Below, piece by piece: positions 49,818-64,000 of a DNA stretch of 64,000 nucleotides. Numbering within the stretch: the first letter of the stretch is position 1; the number at the start of each line of letters is the position of its first letter. The stretch comes from Saccostrea echinata (Eukaryota). A program made the translations under genes and the position numbers. The stretch covers positions 58,590,001 through 58,654,000 of the forward strand of contig NW_026889803.1 of the NCBI RefSeq assembly GCF_033153115.1, written 5' to 3'. Under the pieces are notes generated by a model. It made no database searches. It was given only the letters and a program-made list of their open reading frames with translations, and had not been told where the DNA came from.

Positions 49818-52489
49818 AAAGTGATGATTCCTTGTTTTTGACAAATAAGAAACAAACTTTTTCTCATAGAGATTGAAAATATCATAAATTCAAAATTAGG
49901 CACACGAATATTATTAAACTAAAAAATGTCGCAATTGAGATTTAAAAATACTTTTAATTCAAATGACAAAAACTAATGTTATTTATAAAACTTAATAAGT
50001 AGAAATAGCCAAGTGAAATATATGCAATGCCCACTGTCAATATGAAGTTTTTGGAGAAAATATCATTCCACATAAGAATAAAAAATGCAAAGAAAAATCC
50101 CCCAAGCATCATAATATCTATGTACATACATGTAAAAAGTGCAATGATTCAAAATAGATATGTTACCTTGCAATTATATATATATTATATATTTTTTAGA
50201 TTTCCCAATTCTGAGGTAAATTTCCTACATATTGCATTCAAAACTTGCAATAAAAACTTTTCCTGAAAAAAGAAAATTGACTAATATTACGTACAAAAGG
50301 AGAAATCTTCAAACTCTAAATTTTATTTTTTGGTGGGAGGGGGTGGTGGGTCCATTAACGTACATATAGGAGGGACATGACTAAGCTGCATCGCAAACAG
50401 CTAGTGGGGAGGGGGTCTGGTGCCAGCCTTTCGATGATCATTTTCATACCTAATTAACAGCAAAAATTTACCTTCAGAGAAAAGTGTGGGGAAGGGGAGG
50501 GGGGTGGGGGGAGGAGGAGTAGCCCCCTACCGATCCTATTTGATTAAATGTTATGTTCACCTTAGTAGAAGTCGGGTGCTTGTTAGCTTTTCAGAACTTA
50601 TTGTATCCATAATTTGGAAGTTATCAATCTATATTTAGTCCGATGTAGAAAATTAAATCTTTATGTTCACTTGGAGGGTCACGTACTGGTGAACATAACA
50701 TACATATACATGTAGTATTTTTTTCTACACTATTGGATCTCAGCCAATCAGAACTAGGAATATGATTCAATCATATAATAAAATGGAATATCGTCTAGAG
50801 TTTTGGAAATTGCGGTAAACATTCCCTTCAGAGTCCTGAAAAGATAAGATAAAAACTAAAATATTACGTGATAGTTAATTTATAGAGATTTTATGAATGC
50901 GTGATAACACTGAAGAAAGTTGTTGTAAATAAATTTTAAATGCATAATTTTCCTTAGGGAGTATGTGTTCACTCAAACCAAAGTAACATTTTTAAAAACA
51001 ATCAGTAAATTACCAAACTTTAAGGAACATGTTTTTATTATCAAGCTGATATTGCATGAATAATAAGCAATTCACTTGTAACTTTTTTTCTAAACGCATA
51101 TATAGTGCTTCTTGCTTCCTTCAACTAATTAAACTATTTTGAAAAATTAAACATTAATTTTCTAATTATATACAAGCAAAACGATACACCTTTTATTTTC
51201 CTTAACCGGAAGAAAATTTTTATCACCGACAACAATCTACATCCGTCTAAAAATAAACAAACGGTGGAAATTTTCAAAGTAAACAATCTAAAACGAAAGT
51301 AGATCAGATGGATCATTATTTAATACTTACCTAAATTTCCGCAGCGACAACTGGTAAGCGAATTAAATATGCACGAAATACTTTTCATGTATTTTTAAAA
51401 GCATTACATATTGGAAATACTTGAAAAATGTCATTTTCATTATTGATTTAAAATATATGTTTGAAAGAAGTTTACTAAAATCTGTCATAATTTCATAATT
51501 AGTTATAACATAGTATTCAAAACAATGATGTTTCATCAAAAGTATTTTTAAAAAAAATAGAGGCAATAAAAATCTCAGAGGCCATGCACATTTAATTCGA
51601 AAGTAAATTGATATGGTGAAGTACCATATGGCAGTGTGCCAGTGGGTAAATGCTAAATGTCAGCAGATTTTACAAAATATCTCCTGTTAACATGCACAGG
51701 ATTTTACTACTATTAAGTACTGAACTGGTCCCGGTTTTAAAACTACTAAACATTCCATTTATAAAAAATTCCAAGTGTCGATACTAAAACGCTATTAGAA
51801 AGAGATGCTTATTATGGTGACCAAAATTGTTTAGTCCTATATTGGTAGTAGACACATATAATTCTGTCAAACACCATGTTTATCATTTATGAGGAAACCA
51901 ATTGTTTGATGGATAGCCAATATCATTCACCAATAATACATGTATAATTAAAGTATGTTTGTCCACCTGTGATTCAAAAAATGATAAAAATATCCACTTT
52001 TAGTAATATTTCATTTTATGTGCATGCTGAAAATCAAATCAATATTGATGTAAACAAAGCATCTATTTTGTTTTCTTAATTATTTTAAAAGAAATCAATA
52101 TCTTAATTTGATTTTAATCTTATGTTAAATGGTTCAGATTTGACCCTTACTTAATTTGGCCGACTTAACCATTACATGTATTTGTATTGATACAGGAGGT
52201 AACACTGCTCCCCCCCCCCCCCAAAAAAAAAAAGGAAGAAAAAGAAACAAGTTTGCTAAGGATTACTTTATAATGTAGATACATGTGCTTAATTTTACCT
52301 GATTACTTCAGGAAATTATACTTTGTTCATTAAAATATGTAATGTAAATAGCCTACATATAACAATATTTTCATAACAAATTTAAATATTGTGAAATATC
52401 CTAAAATCCCAACAAAATATCAATATTCTAAAAAGAATCGACACTATTATATAAATTGGAAATCGATTTATCAATTTAAATTGAGAGTT

Positions 52490-55400
52490 ATGGCTGAGGG
52501 ATTACGAGTAGTCCGTGGTCCAGATTGGAATCTCGGGAATGAAGATAAAGGAGAGGGTCACGTTGGCACTGTTGTCAAGGACAACGGAGATCAATCATAT
52601 GACGTTGTTTGGGACATGGGAGGCAAATCTACCTGCAGAGTTGGTATAGGCGGGAAATTCGATCTCCGCATTTTGGACAATGCGCCTATAGGTAAATAAT
52701 TTCAATCCATGTCTAAAATGTATACCTTTGATAATTTTTTAAAACCGTGTTATACCAATTACGTAATCTGCATTTTTTGTTCAAATACGTATTGAAATGC
52801 ATTTAAAGGAGTGAAACATCTGTCTCGGAAGTGTGCGGGTTGTCAGAAAAATACCATCATAGGTGTATTGTGGAAGTGTGCCTCGTGTGATGATATCAAC
52901 TTATGTACGCCATGCTACTACATGGACAAGCATGATCTGAATCATCCATTTCAGAGGATTGATAAAAGGGACGCCACAAGGTCAAATCTCTTATGCATAA
53001 GAACTAATTGTACTAAGCTTTGTTCCAGCCTAAGAAATGATTAATTTTGTCCTCCCATTTAGCTCTTCATACATAAGGATAAATACAGATTGTGCAAGAA
53101 CAAATTAAGTTGTTTGAAAGGGTTCAGCCCAAGAAGGGGGGCAATGTATAGTTTTTGTTAAAAATAAACAACTAGGGTGAAAAGCAAATTTTAAGGAAAT
53201 AGATATTTTATTACCATACTAATAAGATTTTAAAGTTTTAAAATGACACAAGGTTATCTAAATCAACAAGTTTATCGCAAAGAATTTAATATTGTTCCAT
53301 GCATCATGTAATGTAAAATTAATATAAAATTATATGAAGTTTTAAAAAATCATCACAAAGAAGCCCACCTGTTTTCTCTCAGTTTTTGCTTATACATGTA
53401 GCGCATTACGACAGAATATGAAATAATGCATACCCAGATCTATATAATTGTTCATCTCACAAACTACTGGGCTTTTTTTTAGAGTTAAACTAACTATACA
53501 TTCTTACCCATTTTAAATACCTATAGAAATTCATGACAGATGTGGGATTTTATTCCAGGAGTTAAGCAATCTACAACAACTATAACAACCAAAACTTTAA
53601 ATGGTTATCAATTGTCTTTTATATAAATCTTGAGGTCCCCTATGCCATGTTGTATGAATGGGGTGTAAATGATAATTCATCATCAGAATCAGTTAATCTG
53701 TTTCAAAAATGTCTGTAAAGAGGCGCTGCGACTCGGAAGTGTAAAATTTTGATTAATAGGATGGTCCCTAAAACCCATGTCCGGGGAATATCCAACAAAT
53801 AATGACACAAATTCCTGGATAGTATGTCATTAAAGTAAAATTTGCTTATTATTCAATGAACTATTATCTAATTATAAGTTCACTCATGATCTTCATGCTT
53901 TATGCTGAAACTATATGGAAAAAATATCAACAAATACTACTTCTCCTTGATAAAATCACTCCTATCGTCTTAATAATACGTTCCTTCCAACAGCGAAAAT
54001 CAAACAATGGTCATGGACATTCAACTATAATATTATATATTGTTGATTATATCCTTGCCATTTTGTTGGCTGTGCATAAATTGTTCATCATCATCATTCA
54101 ACGATGAAAATATTACATTTTTTAATTACTTGTGTTGTTGTAACGGATTGAATAGAAACCACATTCTTTATTTCATTCGTTTCAGTATCGATATTCCAAA
54201 AAGAGCTAACAGCGTTAAAATGAAAGCACTTGGAATATTTCCTGGGGCCAAAGTTATCAGAGGCCCTAACTGGGAATTTGGGACTCAAGACGGTATGTTA
54301 CTCTGCAGCTCATTTAAATCAGAACCTGCATATTTAAGACAGAGGCAATGATTTTTTTTTATCAAAACATGATAACAGGTGGGACTGGAAAAAAAGGAAA
54401 AGTGGAAGATATCCGTGGATATGGATCTGATGCAGGTGGAAGGAACGCTGTGCGCGTGCGCTGGGAAACGTCAGGGGAGGCCAATGTGTACCGTGTCGGA
54501 TGTCGGGGGAAGGTTGATCTTCAGTGTGTGGAGGAGGCTCCTGGGGGTTACTACTACAGGGAACACCTTCCAGTGGCCGGTGAGTGGAGAACTAATTTAA
54601 TCTGTATTGATTCCATATAAAATTATTTATTTTCAATTTATCAGAAATGTATTTAGGAAAAATTGCATCGACACAACAGAAGAATGATAAAAATTCTTCC
54701 GGCCAATCGTCTGAATCTGTTTTGAAAAAGGGAGACAAATGTGTCATTGACATGCCGGAACAACCTTTGAAAGAACTACAAAGAGGACATGGAGGGTGGT
54801 CTGTTAGAATGTCAGAGGTGAGTGAAATACTCATTAGATTGAATCAATTTTGATTGTCATTGTAATGACTTATCAACTCAAACTCTTTCTCAGTGCATTG
54901 GTGAAGTAGCTGTAGTGAAAGACTTTCCAAGTGATACTACAGTGGAAGTGGAGTACAAAGATAGAACCTATCAGTTCCACGCAGGCGCAGTAAGAAAGGT
55001 TAGCATGCTATTCTTTCTAGCTCGTCTGAGTCATAGGTTTAAATGAGCTTTTCTGATCAAAATATATTTCGCATGTAACATGAGCCTGCATGTTGTTCTC
55101 TGTTTATATTTCAACCTCTCCCAGATTCAAGGTATTAATCAAAATCAAACGCGCAAGCCAAAATGTATTCTGGAGTAAAAGATGATTCAAGTTTATTCAA
55201 ATAGAGGGCAACATCTCATATCAAGGGAAGTTTATTGAGAAATTATGAAATTAAGATGGGTTTATGTCCCCAGTCATACATGTACATGGGTTTATTGAAA
55301 GGAAAACAGTATTTTATTTTTTCCATTTTCACGGAGAACTAATGTGGTCCCACATAGTGTTCAAAATTCTACAAAGTAATACAAGTGCTCAAGAACAACA

Positions 55401-58400
55401 ACGGACTGATCTCTGAAAATACAAGCTTTTCACTGGCAAAAACGGGACCTTAACTTAGATTGGCGTTAAAATAGACTTAGAGTTTATTAACCTACATACT
55501 CCTATGTCATATATATGAATATTAACACGGTGATTGTTGTGGGCCATGAGCCTTAAGTATTTATGTATAATACATGCTAAAAATTAGTTAATAGAAATTA
55601 GAAACACCTTGTCGATATCATTACACCAGGTTTACGACATTAAAGTTGGAGACATCGTCCAAGTTCTGAAGGATGAAACAAAAGCAATTTTGCTTCAACG
55701 AAACCATGGCGGCTGGAATGACGACATGAAAAAGGTTTTTTTTAAATTTACGGAAACAGGCATCTTATTATCTTATACATTATGGTTTTCATGAGTTTAA
55801 TGTGTAAACATATACAGTTTTACCTTTAGGTTTGAAATGTATTAAGGTTTTAAAGTAATTTATATTAATCCCATTATTTTCCTTAAAGTCGCTTGGACTG
55901 GTAGGTAAGGTGGTGAAGATAGATTCTGATGGGGATGTGGCTGTTGCTTTTGGAAACCAGGCGTGGGTATATAACCCTGGCTTACTGGTTCCAGTCAGTG
56001 GAAGGAAAGTTGACGTTCTTGAGGATGAGGGAAACGATATGGACGAGCCGTCTCAATCCAGAGGTAATTTTATTTTCATAAACAGAGGCCAGACATTCTT
56101 GATCTTGTGTAATGTCAACGCTGATATAAATTTAATAAATACCTACTTCAGATTCCCCTGAATCTGATCAGAGATATGAGTTAGGAGGAAGTCTTGCGCA
56201 GCTGATGGCGCATCTGGTTCTACTAGAAGCTCTAGGAGCACGACAGACAATTGGCCCACAAGAAATGTTTAACGCATGCGCTAAAGGAAATATCAGTGCA
56301 GTACACCAAATGATTCAAAGAAGGAAAGATCTGGTATTCATTTCACTCATCAAATGGCAACATTGTAGGAATAGAAATATATTGATTGTTATTAGTTCTT
56401 CACATCTGCAAACGATGCAATTAAAATTACTGTAGGTTAATAGTTGGTTCAAATCCCTGACCCCTTTGATGGTTGCTGGACATGAGGGACACGTCGACAT
56501 CATGAAGCTGTTGCTGCAGAATGGGGCCAATATCAACGCATCTAATGACGATGGCATGACACCTTTACTAGTATCCATCATAGGGTAAAGTATTTTACGG
56601 GAACTTATTGGATGAAAATGTAAATAAAGAATTCAAACACTTTTTAATATGTACTTAAATATTCATTTTTATACTTAGTCAAGTCAAGAAAATTACGATA
56701 TCTGTATAAAATATGACGAAATGTTTTCTATATTAGGAAAGAGGAGGACACTTCGATTTGTTTGATCAGAAATAAGGCCGATGTTAACGTCTGCAACAAA
56801 CACGGACGATGTGCAGCACATCTGGCCGTTGAGAAAGAACTATATTCTGTCCTGAAGGCCGTACTGGAAGCCGGAGCAAGCCCAAACAAACAGGTCATAA
56901 TGATATTTAGGGTCTATAATAACCCCTTCCCCCATATTTTATATTGGAACATTTATTTATCTGGTAATAGTTTTTTTTTTTTTAACTTTATGGAAGTACA
57001 TTTAAAAAGAGACATTTGTTGTGTGTCTTGAATTTCTTTGCCGCACACATGATCTTACAACTTAACTCTTTTAAAACATAGGGGGTTGATTTTATAATTC
57101 ATTTTTGTTATTAACTGTAAATTTGAGGTATATGTCCCAGAACGTAAATTTGAAGTTTAATTCATAACACTTGACATCAAATGTAAATCAAATTTTTGTT
57201 GTACTAACTTTAAGGAGTCTGACAGCTTATTTCCTGTATTGCATTAATATACTTTTATGATATTTACTTTAACATTTAGCATAAGATTTATTTGTTTGCA
57301 TTCTCAGGACGTGGAGGGAGACACTCCATTACATGATGCAATTGGCAAAAGAAGTGATAGGGCAGTCGCCATTTTGTTGAGTCACCCACAAATAAATCTG
57401 AAAATTCTCAATAAAAAAGGTCACATACCTCTGATGTGGGCTGCTTTTAAAGACCATGATTTGTGAGTATTTCCTCCTGAATTAAATCTTTTCCTGACTG
57501 AAAGTCATTTTACAAGTTGTCACACCATTTCAGCGCGGTTGAGCGGTTGGTTGCAAAGGATCCGAGTCTGGTGAATGCTAGAAAAAATGACGGATACACA
57601 GCTCTTCACATTGCCGCCATTAACGACCATTCAGACTCAGCCAATGTCTTAATACTGAAGGTAATTATGGCAACAAGATAAAGAAGTATAAATGTTAATA
57701 AAGTAGTTAAGGTAATATTATCAGAAATGCAGTTAAATTATTTATATCAGCAAAGAAGTAAGTGTGATTGTGTCAGCAAAGTAGCACGGGTAATATCAGC
57801 AAGAAAGTGAAGAATCGTTGACAGCAAGGAAACAAAGGTAAAATTGAAAAGAAAAATGTAATGGCAAAAATAACGTCAACAAAGTATTTTGTGTAGGCAA
57901 AAATCTAATACAATATATATAAAGCAAGGCAATAAATAAAACATTGTTAGTATGTACTAAATAAATAGTGAGGCATTAGGTGTAATGAAACTACATGTAA
58001 CAAAATAAAACAAGGCAAGATATAAAACAGGTATTTATGTAATTAAACAGGCAAAATAAAAGATAAAGCGATTTCAGTGAACTACGAATCAAAATGAGCA
58101 AGTTTTTAAAACTTAACATTTTTGGGAAGTTCTAGAGCGCTTTATTGTCAATGAAATAATCAAAACCATCTAATAAACTTCTTGTAAAAAAAAAAAACCG
58201 TTACCTTTAATTTGCAGTTTTATTGCTTTTATTTTTCCAGAATTTTTAATTCGTTTTAGCTTCAGTACATGCAGTTTATAGCAGTAGTACTTCATTCGTC
58301 GATTCATTTTTTTCTTTAATAAAATTGAAAATCAAATGTAATTTCATTTACAGGGTAAAGCACAAGTTAATGCAAAGAATTCACAAGGCCTGACACCACT

Positions 58401-58456
58401 ACATTTAGCTGCACACGAGGGATATGATGGCATGGCAAAAGTTTTGATAATGAATG
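52490..58456 (+). CDS. Mind bomb/MIB2-like E3 ubiquitin ligase, 3'-partial (exons 52490-52691, 52809-52980, 54186-54292, 54379-54579, 54657-54817, 54894-54998, 55630-55734, 55889-56063, 56152-56333, 56436-56584, 56737-56893, 57308-57462, 57534-57660, 58354-58456)
   Basis: Mib-herc2 ([10 protein letters not shown]), ZZ finger (CAGC...[16 protein letters not shown]...H...H), second Mib-herc2 ([10 protein letters not shown]...YRVG..GKVDL), two MIB repeats ([17 protein letters not shown]), and ankyrin repeats ([24 protein letters not shown]). The RING end is not in the window. Confidence 0.9.
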
Positions 58457-58745
58457 GTATTAAACCCTTAATACATCTTTATGAATACATGTACTTGGTA
58501 TTTTTCCCTTTTAAATGGAATATGTTCGTTTGGATACGTTTCTTTGGTGTAATTTCAAGCTTTCAAAGTTTTTTTTCTTATTTACAATGGACCATTCCCA
58601 ACAATGAAACTACCTTACTTCCAGCAAGTAAAATATTTATTCTATTAAGATATGAATGCCAAATTCCTTAGATTTTTAGAGCTGATTTGAATCAATGACT
58701 TGAAAGAGATGTGATCAAGAAAAGCTAATTGTAGTATGGTACATG

Positions 58746-59459
58746 TGTAATGAAATTGAATAATCATAGTAGATTGAAAGGCATCTGGAATCATCCAATC
58801 AAATCATTTTATATTTAGCCAATCAATGTTTACATTTCAGCCAATCAGAGTTTTCAAATCATTAACCAATCAGTAGTATTTAGGCATAGGATAAAAGGTA
58901 TAAATACAGAGACCCATCTAATTTCGTTTACTTGGTTGTTGCTCATTGCTGTAGTAACACCTATAGGGCTAGGTTCTTGGGCTGTGTCGCTCTGTGAGTT
59001 GTCTAATTGTTAGTTAGACAACTCAGCTCAGGGATCTAGTTTCTTAGTGTCTTGGTGACTTTAGATTGTGTCTTGGTGACTTTAGTTTGTGTCGTCTTGG
59101 TGACTTTAAATAATAGAGGTGTCTCAGTGACTCTCTAGGGTGTGTTTTAGGGTAGTTGCAGACTGTGTCGGGAAACAACAGAATTGTTGGTTAAACCACT
59201 CAGTCTGCAGCTACAAGGAAAACGTTATAGATTTGATTGTAGGTGATTCTCTTGTTATAGTTCGTTTTTGTTTAGTTACCAATCATTATCCAGATAGGAC
59301 CAAGGAAAAAGTATATATAGTGGATTTCAGTCAGTTGTTCTTATAGTGTCATTAATATTATTGAAGTTTGTTTTGATTTTACATTGTAAGCGTGATTCTT
59401 AGGAAGGAATCCTAAGCGGACCCAATTATTAATCATTTGTATATAGTAAAAACCTTACA
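58746..59459 (+). repeat. 5' LTR (714 bp, TG...CA)
   Basis: TGTAATGAAATTG... matches 63918-64000 and ends ...CCTTACA before the PBS. Contains four CCAATC boxes and TATAAATA (~58899). Confidence 0.9.
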
Positions 59460-62400
59460 AATTTGGTGGCAGCAGTTTTAGGAATTTTTCACGTTTATAA
59501 TTTGTATTATCTCTATTGTTTGTTTTCTTTGTGGGCATATTGTAAAACATGGATAAGACTGACATTCACGACATTGACAAAGAAATCACGTTTATAGAGC
59601 AAAAATTACAAGAATTGAAGAATGACAGTTTAAACATTCACAATACTAGTTTAGCATCAAGTAAGGATATTAGTGCTAATAAAACAAGTACTCCAGATGT
59701 TCGATCAGATACGAAATCAAGAGATTCGGGTTTTGCGTCATGGAGACTTTCAGATATAGACTTTCACGGTGATGTTAAGATGAAAAAGCATCCAATAGAA
59801 AAAGTTTCTTGGGAAGATGAAATGTTGTTTGGTACAGGTAAAGTTCCGCTCGATGAAAACAAGACCTGGTTATTTAATGTCAACACCAGTCTCTGGATGT
59901 GCAACAGATTCAAACATTACTCATCGCCGAAATTATCGTCGCTTTGGTAGACTGGATGAGGGGACCAATAACAAAACGACAGCCGAGAAGAAACCACAGA
60001 TCCATATAAAATCTGCAACATTTGATGGTACCGGGTCCTGGTTAGATTATCGTTCCCATTTTGATGCATGTGCCATGTTAAATAAGTGGACAGAACAAGA
60101 AAAAGGTCTTTATTTAGCAGTTTTCTTAAGAGGACAGACTCAAGGTGTATTGGGGAATTTGCCTAACACACACAAGCATGACTATGCCTTGCTTGTAAAT
60201 GCCTTAGAGGAGAGATTTGCACCCTCAAATCAAAATGACCTATAGAGAACTCAGTTGCGACAACGCCGACAACGAGCAATGGAAACTTTGCCAGAACTAG
60301 GAAATCCATACGAAGATTAACAAATTTGGCATCCCCTACGGCACCAAGGGATGTACAAGAAACACTGGCAAAAGAACAGTTTATCGATGCTCTATTAGAT
60401 TCTGACATGAGATTGAGAATAAAACAATCGTAAAATCGTAAAATGTTAGAAACTCAAACCTATTTACGATCAGTGGGGTCAGAGAAAACTGAGGGAAACA
60501 AAAAAGTCATTTCAGAACCAATCAGCACAAGTATGTTAGTAGAGCTGAAGGATGAAATAAGAAAACTTCGAACTTCGTAAAGAAGTTAATGACATGAAAG
60601 CAAAGACCTCGCATGATACTCTCTACAAGAAGAAATCCGGGGCTAACAGCAATAGACGATGTTATTTGTGTGGATCCCCAAACCATTTTGGACAGGGTTT
60701 TAAAAGATCTTCACAAACCCCATCATCACGTATTCATCTAGTACAAAGAAGTATCCTGTACAAAACACACGTCCTACAAAGCTCAAGTTGGCGTAAACCA
60801 GAACGATCCAGAAGCTGGAATGTACGTGAAAGCTACCATTCAGGGGATTGAAGCAAATTTGCTTGTTGACACTGGAGCAACCTTGTCAGTACTGTCCAGT
60901 AGACTTTATGAAGCTATACAAAACAAACCAGTTTTGTACAAAACTGATCAAACAGTCTCTTCCGTGGGACCGACCTAACTGTAAAAGGAAAAACTTGTCT
61001 TTGTATTAATCTGGGTGATAGTTTTTATAGCCAAGACGTAATTGTAGCAGATTTCTCTCTTGGTGGCGTCATTGGACTTGACTTTATGAAGAGATATAAT
61101 TGTACAATAGAGGTAGTGAACGGGTATTTTAAAGTAAATGACAAAGTTTACAAAGTTGATTTCTTTGGCAAAATCGGGTGTTTTAGGAATAACTCAAAAG
61201 ATATGATTGTTCTTCCTGCCAGAAGTGAAATAGTGACTTATTGTAAAGTCTCAATGCCGTCAAAACCCCCACGATATAAAAGAAGTTTTGGGTATGATAG
61301 AACCATCAGAGAAGTTTCTCAAATCAGGAAAAGCTTTCGTAGCAAGATCACTTGGCTATATAAAAAATGGAGAAATACCAGTCCGAATGATGAATCCATC
61401 CCATGAACATCAAACATTGTATCCAGGAACATTTATTGCGAATTTGAGTTCAGTCGACAATGTCTATGAACCAACATCTACTGTAAATAAGCCATGCAAA
61501 GATCTGCCGCCTCATCTGCAGGATCTGTTTGAGAGATCTAACGTTAATCTAAATGCTGGTAAAATACCTAAATTACAGAATTCTTGACCAGGTATGCAGA
61601 TATATTTGCAAGGTCAGAGAAAGATCTGGGCCGCACTTCACTAATCAAACACACGATTGATACCAAGGATGCTCGCCCACTAAAAGAACCTCCTAGAAGA
61701 ATTCCACACCATTTACAGGACGAGATGAACAAGCAATTAGATGACATGCTTGACAGGAATATCATAGAGAAATCAAATAACCCATGGGCATCAGGAGTAG
61801 TTTTGGCCAAAAAGAAAGATGGTTCTTTGCGGTTCTGCGTGGACTGCAGGCGTTTAAATGCAGCTACAGTCAAAAACGCCTACCCGCTTCCACGCATCGA
61901 CGACTCGTTAGACAGTCTTGCCGAAGCAAAATAGTTCTCAACCCTTGACTTGTGCTCCGGGTATTGGCAAGTTAGTATGGACGACTCAGACAAATTAAAA
62001 ACAGCATTTGCAACGAAACATGGTTTATACCATTTTAATGTAATGCCGTTTGGCCTTTGTAATGCCCCGGCAACCTTCGAAAGGCTAATGGAAACTATAC
62101 TGAGTGGCTTGCAATGGCAAATATGTTTGGTGTACCTAGACGACATCATTGTTATCGGAACGTCGTTTACCAACATGTTAGAAAACCTCACACAGGTATT
62201 TGATAGACTATCTTCTGCCAACCTGAAGCTGAAAGCAAGAAAGTGTCACCTGTTTCATAAGACTGTTGAATTTCTCGGAACATGTAGTATCAGAAGAAGG
62301 AGTAAGCACTGATCCTTCAAAAATTTCTGCAGTTCAAAATTGGTCCGTATTTACAAATCTAACAGAGGTAAAAAGTTTTTTAGGTCTTTGCAGCTACTAC

Positions 62401-63917
62401 AGACGTTGCATACATAACTTCGCAGCAAAGGCAAAGCCACTGAACAAATTGACTGAGAAAGGAGCAAATTTCAAATGGACAGATAATTGTCAAGCATCTT
62501 TTGACTCGCTTAGTCATGTACTTATCTCTGCACAAATTCTGGCCCATCCTGATTTTACCCAGTCATTTATTTTGGATACAGATGCTAGCGACGTAGCTAC
62601 AGGGGCAGTTCTTTCACAGATACAAAATGGAGTAGAGAGAGTTATTGCTTTTGGAAGCAGAACCTTATCTAAAGCCGAACTTAAATATTGCGTAACAAGA
62701 AAGGAGCTGTTAGCTGTTGTCTACTTTACAAAGTATTACAAACACTACTTGTATGGCAAACAGTTTTTAGTCAGAACAGATCACAGCTCTTTGAAATGGC
62801 TACTGAACATCAAAAATCCAGAAGGCCAGCTCGCTCGATGGTTTGAATCATTGAGCAATTTTCAAATGACCATTGAAGATAGACCAGGGAATAAACATGC
62901 AAATGCTGATGCCCTCAGCCGATTACCTTGCAGAAAACCATGTTGTACATCTGGAAGTATATTTAATACTACAAGTAATGTGGCATCTCAAGATAAGTTG
63001 TCTCTAAAAGCCAAAGAAAACGATGACAAAGACATAAATCAACTAATAAAATGGGTTGAAAAAGATGTAAAGCCAGAATCCTCAGAGATTTCTGGTCATG
63101 GCAACTTCATAAAGTCTCTATGTTCTCAGTGGGATACTCTGGTATTAGAAAATGGAATGCTCTTCCGAAAGAAAAAGCACGAAAATGGCAAAGTCCACGA
63201 ATCAGCTGGTGCAACCCCAAACAAAATGATGTTAGGTAGAGAGGTCGCTACACATCTGGATATGAGGTCCATTCTGATATTAAGAGAATACCACAGAATA
63301 GATGGGTTTGGGATTTACAAGGAAAATTAGAAGAAGCCCATGCACTTGTCAGGGAAATGACAAAGGCTAGTATAGAACGACAGAAGTGGTACCATGATAG
63401 AAAATTAAACTGGCAGTCATTTAAGCCAGGTGATAAAGTTTCGGTTTACTTCGGTAAGACTGGTAATCTCCCAAATTCTCATCATATTGGCAAGGACCAT
63501 TTGAAATTATTGAGAAATTTTCAAATGTTACCTATAAAGCAAATTGTGGACCAAGGGGAGCATATCAAGTCATTCATACTGACAGAGTAAGGCCAGTGAA
63601 AGACCAAATCCTAGCATCAGAACCATTGCAAGGGAAAGATATTGCAGAAAAAACAATATCTGATTCTTATGATTACGATGCTGAAGACACTGAAGCTGCA
63701 AATAAGAAAGATTGTTTCCAGGCAGAGAGCAAACGACACAGGAACCGACCAGCTTATCTAAGTGATTACGAATCTTTCTAAATATGTAAATAAGAAATTT
63801 TAAATCCTGGTTTGGTAGGAAATACCTTCCGCAGTTTATGAATGTCAGTGTCTTTAACCTTATAGTATTATTATTTACCTATGCGAGGACGCATATTTTT
63901 TTCGAAGGCGTGGGTAG

Positions 63918-64000
63918 TGTAATGAAATTGAATAATAATAGTGGATTGAAAGGCGCCTGGAATCATCCATTCAAATCATTTTCTATTTAGCCAATCAGTT
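63918..64000 (+). repeat. 3' LTR (truncated by window)
   Basis: Direct repeat of 58746-58828. Confidence 0.92.

Larger units (their letters stand above)
58746..64000 (+). mobile_element. Gypsy/Ty3 LTR retrotransposon, decayed, inside an intron of the MIB2-like gene
   Basis: 5' LTR, PBS TGGTGGCAGCAG (~59465), gag (FDGTGSWLDY..HF; CYLCGSPNH), protease (LLVDTGA), RT (LVYLDDIIV), RNase H (LDTDAS...TRKELLA...RTDH), and PPT 63904-63917. 3' LTR starts at 63918. Multiple stops and frameshifts. Confidence 0.95.

Overview
AT-rich eukaryotic animal DNA with spliced genes and dense transposons. The repeat families (Meta-type tRNA SINEs, a Helentron carrying a ~166-bp satellite, Penelope-like elements) point to a bivalve, probably an oyster. 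Host genes were reconstructed by hand from GT-AG exons. (1) A tandemly duplicated two-gene unit on the minus strand: a 3-exon signal-TSP1-EGF-EGF-TM receptor-like gene (3974-13285 and 24943-38637) plus a ninjurin (21482-21830, which has lost its first exon, and 47498-49083, intact). (2) A divergently oriented Mind-bomb/MIB2-like E3 ligase (from 52490, +) with a decayed Gypsy LTR element in an intron (58746 to window end). The standout is a 7.4-kb Kolobok-type DNA transposon (28023-35400, TTAA TSD, AG...CT ends) with unusually long, near-identical ~600-bp terminal inverted repeats. It carries two convergent spliced genes: a DDE transposase, and a KolX-like protein with a Cys-rich CXC-like N-terminus and a P2X7 'ballast'-like C-terminus. 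Each TIR holds an inward-facing ATG-GAT-CCA-ACG|GTAAGT micro-exon that joins in frame to its gene, so the TIR may act as a duplicated promoter and start exon for both genes. All gene models are manual and lack expression evidence.
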